The notes under the pieces were generated by a model. It searched no databases, was not told the origin of the DNA, and worked only from the letters and a program-made list of their open reading frames with translations. A stretch of 64,000 nt of DNA from Octopus bimaculoides (taxonomy: Eukaryota): NCBI RefSeq assembly GCF_001194135.2, contig NC_068984.1:131902082-131966081 (forward strand). Direction: 5' to 3'. The position numbers and the translations under genes are program-made. The number at the start of each line of letters is the position of its first letter. The stretch's first letter is position 1. This document shows, piece by piece, positions 12,535-25,200 of the stretch.

Positions 12535-15500
12535 CTGCAGAAAATAAGAGAGAAGAGTCAGTGGTGATAGTTGTTCTGATGGTAGAAGGGACAGTAATAG
12601 GTTTAATGACAATAAGAAACACACACAACATACATACACATCACATAAACACATACACACACACATGTGCAAGCACACAAACACACAACACACAAACATA
12701 CAACACAATTTTTTTCCATAAAAAATACAAAATACCACTTACTTCCACTTTCTTTAACAGTGGGTAAACTTGTGCCTGTAGGCCCCATATCAACATAGGG
12801 AGCGTCATTGACTGGACTACTAGCCTGAGGGGAGAGTTGCTGTTGTTGCTGCTGCTGTTGAGGTGTCTGCTGTGGCACAGAAACCGCTTTACCTGGCTCC
12901 ATCATCACATAAGAACTTACATCACCGCCATAGTCTAAAAGAAAGCCAGGAAAACTCACGTCAGCATGGTTTAGTAGTACAAGAGGCAGGTTCATTGCTA
13001 GTTTCTTTTTTTCTTTATGCTAACACACTTCACTTAGTTGGAATATATTATTATCATTATTATTATTATTATTATCTAACGCCCATTTTCTAGGCTGGAA
13101 CGGGTTGGATGGTTTGACATAATCCTGTGAACTGCAAGGTTGCTTTGTGCTCCATTTCAGCTTTGGTATGGTTTCTGTGGCTGGAAGCTCTAAGCCAACC
13201 AATTTACAGTGTGCATGTGCAGTGGGTACTTTTTTTTTCACGCAATTGGCACAAATGAGATTGCCAAGTAATCTCATTAGCAAGACAAAAAGAATAAGGA
13301 ATGGGGAAAAAGCTCCTTTGAGTTAGTGGGGAGAGCAGGGAGGGGCTCTGAGAGGGAGAAGAGACAGCTTTATATCAAGGACACGAAGTGTCTCACTATA
13401 GAGAAGATACATAAGATGGTAATGATGGGGTGCTAGAGAAAACCTCAGTAAGAGATGAACAGCAAATAAAATAAATGTGACACTGCAACATCCATTTCTC
13501 TGCGTACTTCAAAATAAAACTAAATCAGTTTTTGACTTAAGTTAAAAGAAACTGATATGAGTACAAAGCCAGAGACGTAAATAGTTTATTCGGAGGCCAC
13601 AATGGCTCCCCTCCCCCCCACCTCACTTCTTCCATCAGTCACAAGGTCCCTAAAAAGGACATGAGCACTTTCGTTCCTCTTGGCTAAAAGAAAAAAATAC
13701 ACATATACACACACAGAGATTTGCATGCGTGCGTGTGTGTGTGCCCGCACGCGTGCCTGTGTTTTATATACTTCTAAAATTGTCACAGGATCCCATATTC
13801 CAAGTGAAAAGTAGAGTCAACTAAATCTAAGATCAATACTTCACAGATACCTATTTTATTCACCCTGAAAGGATTAATGGCAAAGTCAACTTTGGCAGGT
13901 TTTGAATTCAAAATACAAAGGGACATAACTGAATATCACTAGAAATTTTGTCAGGTACTCCAACATATATATCACATACAAACTCATGCACGTATTCATT
14001 TTTAGTGTCTACTTTTCCATGTTTCTCATACACACACATCAGTGGCAATAACTTTAGTATTAATAATTTGTACAGTCAAAGAAGGGTGTACTCAATGCTA
14101 AGGTAAGTACAGTGCATTTATAGTTGAAATTCAAAAGATGGTCAACATAGGTCAAGTTAAGCAGACTTATTAGATGTGAGTTACCTCGTTCACTTTTCTG
14201 TGAGCCGGGTGATAGGTCCATACATGCATCATAACTATCTGTCATCTCAGAGGCTGTGGTAGATGCACTCGGTTGGAAGTTAATATAATTTTCAAACTGC
14301 CCTGTTTCTCCCCAGTTAGAACCAGCTGAACCTAAAAAATTGAAGACATTAGTTACAACTGTTAGATAATTCAATAATGTTGGAGAGAGAGGATGGGGCA
14401 GAAACACGGTATGGTAGAGAGAATGAGAGAGAGGAGGAACAAACATGAACACCTGCACACTCAGTGAGAGACAGCATGACAAAGTGATAGAGGGACAGAG
14501 ACCAGGATGCAGTATGAACTTACCATATTGTTCAGGTGTTGAAGGAGTAGAGGACTGGTCGCCAGGATGCATTGGGACGTAGTCTTCTATATAACTGCCT
14601 CGTAAACTGTCTGGTGTTGGGACACTACTGCGACAACGGTAAGACCTACGTAAGAGAAACAGGAGAGAAAACAATACAAATAAGGTCTGTGACACTTCTT
14701 GGAACCCCTGTATTAAGTGAGGTCATATTTTTGGGAAGAGCTAATAACAGGGATCGTGGTCTTTTCAGTTTGAATCTCCTTATCCAATTTTTTTGTTTAA
14801 GAGAAATTTTATATAGATCTAGTTTGGAAAAAATAAAAAAAATTTTTTTTATCACGTAAAATGTGAGTGTGAGTGTGTGCGCGCGCGCACGCACACACAC
14901 ACACACACCTACAAGAATACACATTAAATCGAATCGATGAATAGAGTTATCTCCCCTGCAAGAACCAAGGTAGGTAACTCATGTAAAACACAGCTGGTTT
15001 ACATTTCCTTCTATCTTTATTGCTTTTAGCAGTGGCATAATTGTTTACTTGAGGCAATTACAGAGATTATAGAATTAAAATGAATCAGAGGAATTCAAAT
15101 GGAAGGATCTTTGAAGTGTTAAGATATACTACTAACACCGCACTAATTTAATCAATACAGCCATATGACAACAATAAATGGCCCAACGGACATAAAAAAG
15201 AAAATATGGTTCAGACAGGGAAGAGGAAATTCCATGACTTTTTGAACGAACTGTTTGAGGGAAAGAAAACATGATTGTAAGGTTACTGCAATAGGCAGCA
15301 GTACGTTAATATAACGAGAGCTGGTCTGAATACGTTGCAAAAGAGTGGACTTCACAAAAGGAACTGGTGTTAATCTAGGCAGTGAATTAGATCACCTTAG
15401 AATATTTACAGTTAATCTGGCAAAAACAGCTATGGGCCAGCCTATACAGCCACAAAAAGATAGCAGTTGTTGTTCAGCCAATAAGATCACAAAAAGGCAG

Positions 15501-16823
15501 CAGTTATTGGTCATCCTGTAGCCTACAAAGAACAGCTATAGGCCATCCTGAACGATCACATGAAGATAACAGGTTTGTCAGTCTATACAGACACACTAAC
15601 ACAAGCTTTGTATCAGCCAGACAAGAACAGTTTATATAACAGCTTATATAACCACATGTACAGAAAACAATAGTACAAGGTCAACAAGAAAACCTCTGAA
15701 TGTTTTGTTGTCTTAGGGAACGATGGTCACGTTAAAATATATGACTAGAGAAACAAAATGAAATGGTTGCAGCTGGATCACCTTTGATAAAGGCTGACCG
15801 GGGGTAAACAGTTATTAAAAAAAAAAAAAAAAAAACTACTTACCCAATAGGAATTTCCACAGCTGGACTTGAGGCACAACTTTCAGCGGAATAACTGCTA
15901 CGAGATCCATGGGATTCGGTGCTGTCAGAACGTAACCTGTGTCCTACATGTGGGTAATAGTCATAATGACTAAAAGAGAGAGAGAAAGAAGCAATGAGAA
16001 TTTAACACCAATAAAATGTATGAAAGAAGTTAGGTGATTGTCTGATACAAAAACCAAGGCTATAATAGAATTTAGCATACATAAATATATCATCGTTATA
16101 TACATATATACAAATTTACTTGGGTTATAAAGAAGAGCATTGTAAAAGAAAAAATGCTGAAACTAAGATGAGGTAACAGCAACGACAGCATACATTCCTT
16201 ATATTTCATATAGACATGCCACAACAAAAATATATTCCCCAACAAGACCCAGATCAAAGTCTACTCACCTGAAGTATAATTTCTTAATCAATGTAGCATG
16301 CATTCCATGCATGTATACAAGGTAACCCCCAACACAAATTTGTCATTGTCAGCCTCGCTTTTGATTACATTGTCATCTACCTCAATTTTGTCATTGTCAC
16401 CTTTAAATGACATCACTTAGGGATAGAACAAATTTCTTTTTTTATGAACGGACATTAACATGAGTGGTTATCTGCTGCAGAATTGTAACAAAATGAAATC
16501 ATCAAAAATTTTTGTTAAGGATTACAAGTTTTGCATAATAAAAATTGTTGCACCTTACATTACCATATATATATCATCATCATTGTTTAACGTCCGCTTT
16601 CCATGCTAGCATGGGTTGGACGATTTGACTGAGGACTGGCAAGCCAGAAGGCTGCACCAGGCTCCAATCTGATCTGGCAGAGTTTCTACAGCTGGATGCC
16701 CTTCCTAACGCCAACCACTCTGAGAGTGTAGTCGGTGCTTTTACGTGCCAGTCACAAAAAGGTGTTTTTACGTGCCACCTGCACGGGAGCCAGTCCAGCG
16801 GCAACGACCTTGCTCGAATGATT

Positions 16824-16870
<47 letters not shown>

Positions 16871-17721
16871 TTTAGTAGTATATTAGCTGCAAAACTACAC
16901 ACTATACAATATGTATGTATGTATACAGCTGTATAAGGAAGTGCTGATCTAACTGTGGAGGGAACTTGTGGAGGAGGTAGACCCAGGAAGACATGGAATG
17001 AGGAGGTGAAGTCAGACCTTTGGATGTTAAGTCTCACAGAGGTGATATCTAGTCACCGAGACCTTTGGCACTCTGTTGTGCTTGAGAAGACATGCCAAGC
17101 CAAATGAAACTGAAGTCGTGGCTAGTGTCAGTGACATGTAAAAGGCACCTACTCTAAGGAGTGGTTGGCATTAGGAAGGGTATCCAACCATAGTAACCAA
17201 GCCAAAACAGACTGGAGCCTGGTGCAGTTCTCTGGCTTACCCATGGAAAACTGAATTAAGTGCAATGATTTTATTTTTATCATACAAAACTTGTAACCAA
17301 GCACAAAACCTATTAATGTTCACATTTTTTTACAATTATGTATCAAGTAATCACAGATGTTGATGCCTGTTCATAAAAATTTGCTCTCTTACAGTGATGA
17401 CATTTAAGTCAACGATGATGAAACCCAAAATAGGTGGCAACTGTGACATAAGATAATGAAACTGAGGCAGACAACAATGGTTGACATTGATCAGATTGGG
17501 ATTTGATATTGACAAACCTGAGGGGGAAACCCTGTAATCTAAATATCATTATGACATGCCCTATATATCAAGCTATTACAATGCAACAAACACCACAATA
17601 TCCAAATTTTATTCAGTATATGTTCACTGTTTGTACTTCCTATGGTTTTTGCTAATGAATTTCCAATAAAATATATTGCATTTTTCATGTACTAAAATAT
17701 ATGTATTTGCAATACACACAG

Positions 17722-17759
<38 letters not shown>

Positions 17760-18313
17760 AGAATAAGGGCAGGGAATCGTCAATTAGTAATAGAATTAAT
17801 AATGAACAATTTTGCCAAGTAGTTCAGTATGAAAAAAACCTTTATCGGTAAAATCATTTATCATCGTAAATATACAGGGATTAGCATTGAGTTGCTTCTC
17901 CAACATACTGAAAATTTAGAAATAGCAGTCAAAAAACTACTGATTCTAAACTACAAATTTAGAGAAAAATTTGTAGTTTAGAATCAGTAGTTTTTTGACT
18001 GCTATTTCTAAATTTTCAGTATNNNNNNNNNNNNNNNNNNNNNNNNNNNNNNNNNNNNNNNNNNNNNNNNNNNNNNNNNNNNNNNNNNNNNNNNNNNNNN
18101 NNNNNNNNNNNNNNNNNNNNNNNNNNNNNNNNNNNNNNNNNNNNNNNNNNNNNNNNNNNNNNNNNNNNNNNNNNNNNNNNNNNNNNNNNNNNNNNNNNNN
18201 NNNNNNNNNNNNNNNNNNNNNNNNNNNNNNNNNNNNNNNNNNNNNNNNNNNNNNNNNNNNNNNNNNNNNNNNNNNNNNNNNNNNNNNNNNNNNNNNNNNN
18301 NNNNNNNNNNNNN

Positions 18314-18380
<67 letters not shown>

Positions 18381-19233
18381 TATATATAAAACATACATTT
18401 CAAACGCTGTACACAGACGTTTTATAGTATATCATAATTGAGACATTATTTCATTGAGTAGATCATTTTTCTTTGCAAACATATTCTGGATAGTTTTTTA
18501 TATACAGTTTGATGCTTAATTAAAGCAAATTTTTAATCACACATTTTGTGAAGAATATGTTCCAATCAGATTTCTTTGATCATTACTTTCTATGTACAAC
18601 ATCAGATTATACATGCACATATACACACACAACTTAATCATAGAAGTTAAAGGTATTGAATTTGTGGTTTCCATCATTAGTTTTAACCACTGAACTATGT
18701 CACTGCTTGCGTAATTTTTCTACCACAAAGAAAAGAAATATATACATGAATACACAAGAAAGTTTATATACATACATATTTATTTAAAGGACACAATATA
18801 TGTCTAAGTGCTATTAATAGTTTCATATGTTGGGAAATATCTCAAACATATTCAAGGCACAAACCACATATCTGCATTTTCTATATGCTGGCTTCTCAGT
18901 TTTTTTGCATTGCTTCTCTTATTCAATTTTTCTTTTTACTTCATTATGATATGTGGTTTGTGGCTGATGAATATGTCAGATATTTCTCAAAATAAAATAT
19001 GAAACTATTAGTAGCACTTAAAGGCATGTATTGTGTCCTTCAAATAAATAATATTTATCTCTCACCAGGTGGAGTACTTTTTTTGTTGAATTTTCTATCA
19101 CTGAACAGTATATATATATATATATATATATATNNNNNNNNNNNNNNNNNNNNNNNNNNNNNNNNNNNNNNNNNNNNNNNNNNNNNNNNNNNNNNNNNNN
19201 NNNNNNNNNNNNNNNNNNNNNNNNNNNNNNNNN

Positions 19234-19268
<35 letters not shown>

Positions 19269-22200
19269 GATAGATAGATCGATAGATTGATAAGTTAAAG
19301 AGACATACAGAGATACAGAAAGAAAATTGTGCATTTGAATCATTGCTATTAAACTGTGGTGCAATGTTACATTGTTAGACAACTATAAATTTGGTTTCAG
19401 TTCATATTTAAAATTTTCATCAGTAATGCTTTAGCTAAAGCCATCATTTCCCTACTGTTTTCTGTGCTAGAACTCTGAGTTTTTCATCAGAAACTGTGTG
19501 TATGTGCATATGCATGCATGCACCAGTGTGTGTGTGTGTGTGTGTGTGTGTATGCAAAAGAAAGAAACATTGTATGAGAGTAGATGCATATGCATGCATG
19601 CGTGTAATAGATTATCATTTCACATCCGTTTTCCCATGCTGGTAAGGTTTACATACGTGTTTTATACCATCTTGCATGCACAGCAACAGAGATAACAGAT
19701 TGTCTTTGTTGTAGTGCATGTCTGATATTGAAGTGAATTTTATTTCCCTGGCACGATAGAAGATATCTCATATGGAAGAGCTAAAGAGACCCCTTCTTCC
19801 CGCCATCAGTTCTTATTTGATATTAGAGCCCTCCTTGGTGGTTAATTTGTGCTGTGACCACATTCTACTTGTATGTTATCTTTGGCATGGTTTCTACAGC
19901 TGGATACCCTTCTTATCACAAACCACTTTACATTTTACTTTATGTGTGTATGTGTGCGTGAGAGAGAGTATGTATGCATGTGAGAGTGCGTGCACGTAAG
20001 AATGCATGCACGCAAGTGTGTGCGCATGCATGCATGTGTGTGTGTGAGTATTTGTTCTCAATCACTTTATATGACTGATGGTGTTGGCAGGGAGTAATTA
20101 AGCCGTGACAATTCTATTGATTACTTAATCACTCAAGAATATTGTGGATATATTTTCATAATGCTTACACTATAACTAAAAGGAGGTTATAGAACCTTAA
20201 CATACAATACTCCTCGCTAACAAAACACTCAGCAGTTATATGGTGGTCCCACTTCTAACAGCAGTGCATTCCATATGATATGACTATCAATGATCTGTTA
20301 CTGTTAACGGAATGACTTAAATTGTTATTCTGTTAACAGTAAAACACAGAATAGTTAGGGATTCTTTAAGAATGAATATTGAGATTGGACAGTTATGTTC
20401 ATTGCTCAGCACACAACACTATATAATGGCTGGCTGTATTTGTTGCTAGTAAGGTTTGAACATATAACATTCATGCAGTCAAGTCAGTAGTCCAGCACCT
20501 TAACATCACAGCCAACACACAAAATGTATCATGGCATTTTTACCTGACGGGACTGGAACTGAGAGCAGATGTGCCTCCTGAAATGGTGGAAGATTTATAG
20601 TACATGCTCTGAGGACGCATCTTCTCATTGCCGAGAGGAATTATTCGATTTTTTCGAGGACTGCAAGAAATAGAACAGTTTAACTATTTTATGGCAGCGA
20701 TTCATCAATGATATAGTTTTCTTTTTCATAAATTAATCAGTGGAGTACATGCAGTCTCCATAAGTTTTGCAGTCATTCTTAAAAGTGAAACTGAAGCAGC
20801 CATTGCCTACTTTGAACATCAGCAAGTTAACATTTATGGGTAAAGTATCAATATGGGTGGAACTAGGGTCAGGTAAGAATGCTTCCAACAGAGTTCAATG
20901 TGCTAAAGGTACCTAAGAAGAGGACAGCGTGCTAATTCCTATCTCCCTATTGGTTGCTAATGATTCAGAATAAAAACAAATGTTCCAGAAAGGATATAAC
21001 CCACTAACTTGAACAAGTAAAAGAGGATTTGTAACATATTTGGCATTGTATTATGGTAGAGTGAAGTTTGGTAATTTGCCAATCAATAAATACATTCACC
21101 TGCTTATCACTAACAGAGGATGTTTTATTCATCAGTAAATAAAGAAACCCTGACTACCAAAATACAGCAGTTACAGAACAGAAAAGAAATATAATGAGGG
21201 AACTTAATGCACTGCAATGCCTGGCATTGAAGTGCCAGCCTCATAAACGAACCCCAATATTGGCTTGAAATTTTAAAATAAAAAAAAAAAGATGTTAAAC
21301 AAAAGAATAAGGTCTCAACACGTTCACATTTTTTGCTTTGTTTTACCAAGACTTTTTTTTTTTTTGTGGTTTTGTATCATGTAGATTCTGTTCATCACTT
21401 ATAGTTTGCAAATTTTCTGTACTTTTACAATATGGAGACCCATTAAGTTTGACATTGCTAGCACTCCTCAGGGAGTAAAATGTAGCCGTTGTCCACTAAG
21501 ATGCACTGAAAGATTTTTTAAAACTTATTGAAAAAACAAAAAAGAAGAAAGTAGTGTCCTTGATATCAGGAAATGAAGCACAAATTTATTTAAGATAAAA
21601 ATGAAGAGAAAGTTAGTTATAAGAAAATAGAAATATAATAATTTCTCAGTTTTTTTTTTTTGTTTTTTAATATTGTGATTATGTTTTTGTTGTTATTAAA
21701 AGGTAACAGTCTGATAGATTTGGCAGACCACTAGGCCCAAAAAACCCCAAAAAACTTACAGCATTTAGTTATTTTCTCAATTCAGACCTCACCAGATATC
21801 ACTTTAGTTTTCAATCTTCAAAGATTGATAGAATAATTACCAGCCATTTATTAAGGTTGATGTTAATCTAATCAACTGTACACCCAACCCAGAACGTTTC
21901 TGTATCAAATGCCAATGTTAGAAAGAAATCCTTATTATTCTAAGAACAGTGAATCTGCAGAATTGAAAGAGCATCAGACAAAGTGTTTTTTGGTAATGAG
22001 TTAAGAACCTTTTAAAGACCTGATGGGATCAAGACTTTACCTTTCATTCTTCTGAGGTTGATAAAATAATAGTAAATCATTAAAGTTGATCTAAAAACTC
22101 ATCCCAAAATATGTGGCCTGTGTTTATCTCCATCAACATTTCAACGTCCACTTTTCCCTGCTTGCATGTAGGTCAGAGTTTATCAAGGTAGATTTCTCCA

Positions 22201-25200
22201 GCTGGATGCCCTTCCTGTTGCCAACCCTCACCTATTTCCAGATAATATTTCCCCCCCCATGGCTAGACATGTTTTCACATAATATTGGAAATGAATTACA
22301 CCACCTGCATGACGGTGATAATCCTTTATAACTATCACAAGACCAGGAAACAGACACACACATATTTATATACAATGGGCTTCTCTTAGTTTCTTATTTC
22401 TTTATTGCCCACAAGGGGCTAAACATAGAGGGGACAAACAAGGACAGACAAAGGGATTAAGTCGATTCCATCGACCCCAGTGTGTAACTGCTACTTAATT
22501 TATCGACCCCGAAAGGACGAAAGGCAAAGTCGACCTCGGCGGAATTTGAACTCAGAACATAACGGCAGACGAAAAACTGCTAAGCATTTCGCCCGGCGTG
22601 CTAACGTTTCTGCCAGCTCGCCGCCTTACTTTTTTTAGTTTCTGTCAACCAAATCTGCTCATAAAGCTCTTGTCGGCTAGGGGCTTTAGTAGAGGACACT
22701 TGCCCAAGGTGCCACGCAATGGGATTGAATCCAGAACCATGTGATTGGGAACCAAACTTCTGATCCACACAGCCATGCCTGCATCTTAGAAAACATTACT
22801 ATTAAGGTTGCAACTGGCAGAATCGTTAGCACTCTGGACGAATTGCTTTGTGGTATTTCACCTGCCGCTACATTCTGAGTTCAAATTCCACTGAGGTCAA
22901 GGTCAACTTTGCCTGTTATCCTTTCAGGGTCGATAAATTAAGTACCAGTGAAATACTGGGGTCGATGTAATCGATTAGTCCCCTCCCACAAAATTTCACA
23001 TTTTGTGCCTATAGTAGAAAGAATTATTATTATTATTACTATGTTTCAAGGACAGAGCTTTTAAAGTATCAGTAAAAATTGTCTACAGTATCTATTCCAG
23101 TTCTTTATACATGGAGTTCAATTTCCTCTGCAGTCAACTTTGTCTTTCGACCTTTTGGGGTTGATAAAATAAAATAATAGTTTGAAATGGGATCGATGAT
23201 CCTTGCAAAAGAGACTTCAAAAATTGCTGGCCTTGAGCCTTAATCAGAAACAATTATTGGTATCATGGACAGTATGGTTTCTGCAGATTGGTTTACTGGA
23301 AGAATTTTTTTTTCAGCTGGATACTGAACTAAAGAGAGGAAACCTTTATTATTCTAACAGTAAGACGAGCAGAGTTATGTCCCTTGTAAAGGGTATTCTA
23401 TTTGTTTCAGTCATTTGACTGCGGCCACGCTGGAGCACCGCCTTTAGTCGAACTAATCGATCCCTGAACTTGTTCTTTGTAAGCCTGGTACTTATTCTAT
23501 CAGTCTCTTTTGCCGAACTGCTAAGTTACGGGGACGTAAACACACCAACATCAGTTGTCAATCGATGGTGGTGGGGACAAACAAAGACACAAATACACAC
23601 ACAATGTATGATGAATTTATGGAATGAAGTTCCAGAAATCCCAAATATTTTGTTAAGAATTGAGGAAATAAGATGCTGAAATTTATAAGAAGTTTATAAA
23701 TTTCAACAACTTGGTTCCTCCATTCTTAAAATCAATGGGATTTCTGGAACTTCATTCCATGAATTCATCGTACATTATATACAAGTACTACTTTCATATC
23801 TTTGCAAATTTACACCTGTAAACTCCCAGCAAAGCATGAAGAATCAACATTAGAAATCTTGTTTGGAAATCTCCAATTAAAGGACAAATCCACATTAACC
23901 TTTATACACCTATACACACACACGACAGGCTTCTTTCAGTTTCCGTCCACGAAATCCACTCACAAAGCTTTGGTCAGCCTGGGGCTAAAGAAGACACTTG
24001 CCCAAAGTGTCATGCAGTGGTACTGAACCCAGAACCACGTGATTGGGAAGCAAGCTTCTTACCACACAGCCACTCCTGCAACTTTAAACCAAAAAGTCAA
24101 GCATTCTACACTTTAATCTCTCAACGAATTACATTTGTTATTGCTTCTATTATTGTTGTTATTTAGCCACAGGTCAACATCCATTCATTACTGTCTTTGA
24201 TGATTGCGATGAGAGTAAGAAATTTGGCTGCTATTTGTAGCAAATCAACCGAATTATAAAGACACTCTAATTAGCTTGTTGTTTAGCCAAAGGTCATCCT
24301 TGAGTGACTAAGTTCCTGATCAAAGACATTGCAATCTTAACCATCACATCTTTGTAAAGGTATGTAATACCATATCTTATGTGTTGTTTTTCAACCCAAA
24401 ATAGTGTGGTGTAATACGAGGGAGATTAGGCTACTATTTCTAACGAGTAGAGCAATGACAGAGGTTCCCTTGCTGTTTGCATGTTCTTGTTGCAGTTGAT
24501 AGAAGGTTATAGAATTCTCAAACCAGCTTCAATTTCTTCTTTATTTCCTATCAGTATAGTATTTGGGCAAACTGAAAACCCATCACAACTTCCTACTTCT
24601 TGCTCACAATTCAGTGGCTCTATACCTGTATAAAAAGACTGGTGTCACTTTAGTGTGCAATCTACCTGGCCATTTATGCTTCAGCATGCAGTTTAACCGT
24701 AACCTTAATCTTAAACCCTAACACAACCCAAACCAGGTCATTTCACAATGTAGACCATGGATACTGTGGTAGACCAAAGTAGCACTGAAAGATCTGTTTT
24801 TCACATTCTTTCTCAGCCTCTCCAGCAACCATAACACCTGTCTCCATCTTCACCCAGCAGATCAGGATAAAACAAAAGATGTAGACAAAAAACAGACTTA
24901 CCTAAGCTGTTGCCCTTCACTAACCGTACGGGACCTGTTAAACTGGAACTGATCAGAACCAAACATTGAGATACTTTCTGAGGAATGTTCGTTATTACTC
25001 CAAGTTGGCATGACAACTGTTTTACCAGAACTACTGCTGCTGCGGTTCCGGAAATTTCCACTGTCTGAGCTGCTGATGGGCATCTTCATCTCCCTGTAAT
25101 TACCAACCAACAGAAAATTCAATTGTGTTCATTTAATTAGCAATATGAAAATCTCAATATCAGCTAGTCCTCACTTCCTAACTTTAGTCCAAAACTGTAA

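Noticed and set aside
12535-12631. Hydrophobic or signal-like N-terminus of the 932-aa ORF
   Set aside because: Intron sequence upstream of the ctgcag acceptor; IRS proteins are cytosolic.
17946-19382. ORFs of 88-150 aa with IYIY and X runs (also 33226-34115)
   Set aside because: Artefacts of (AT)n microsatellites and N-gaps.
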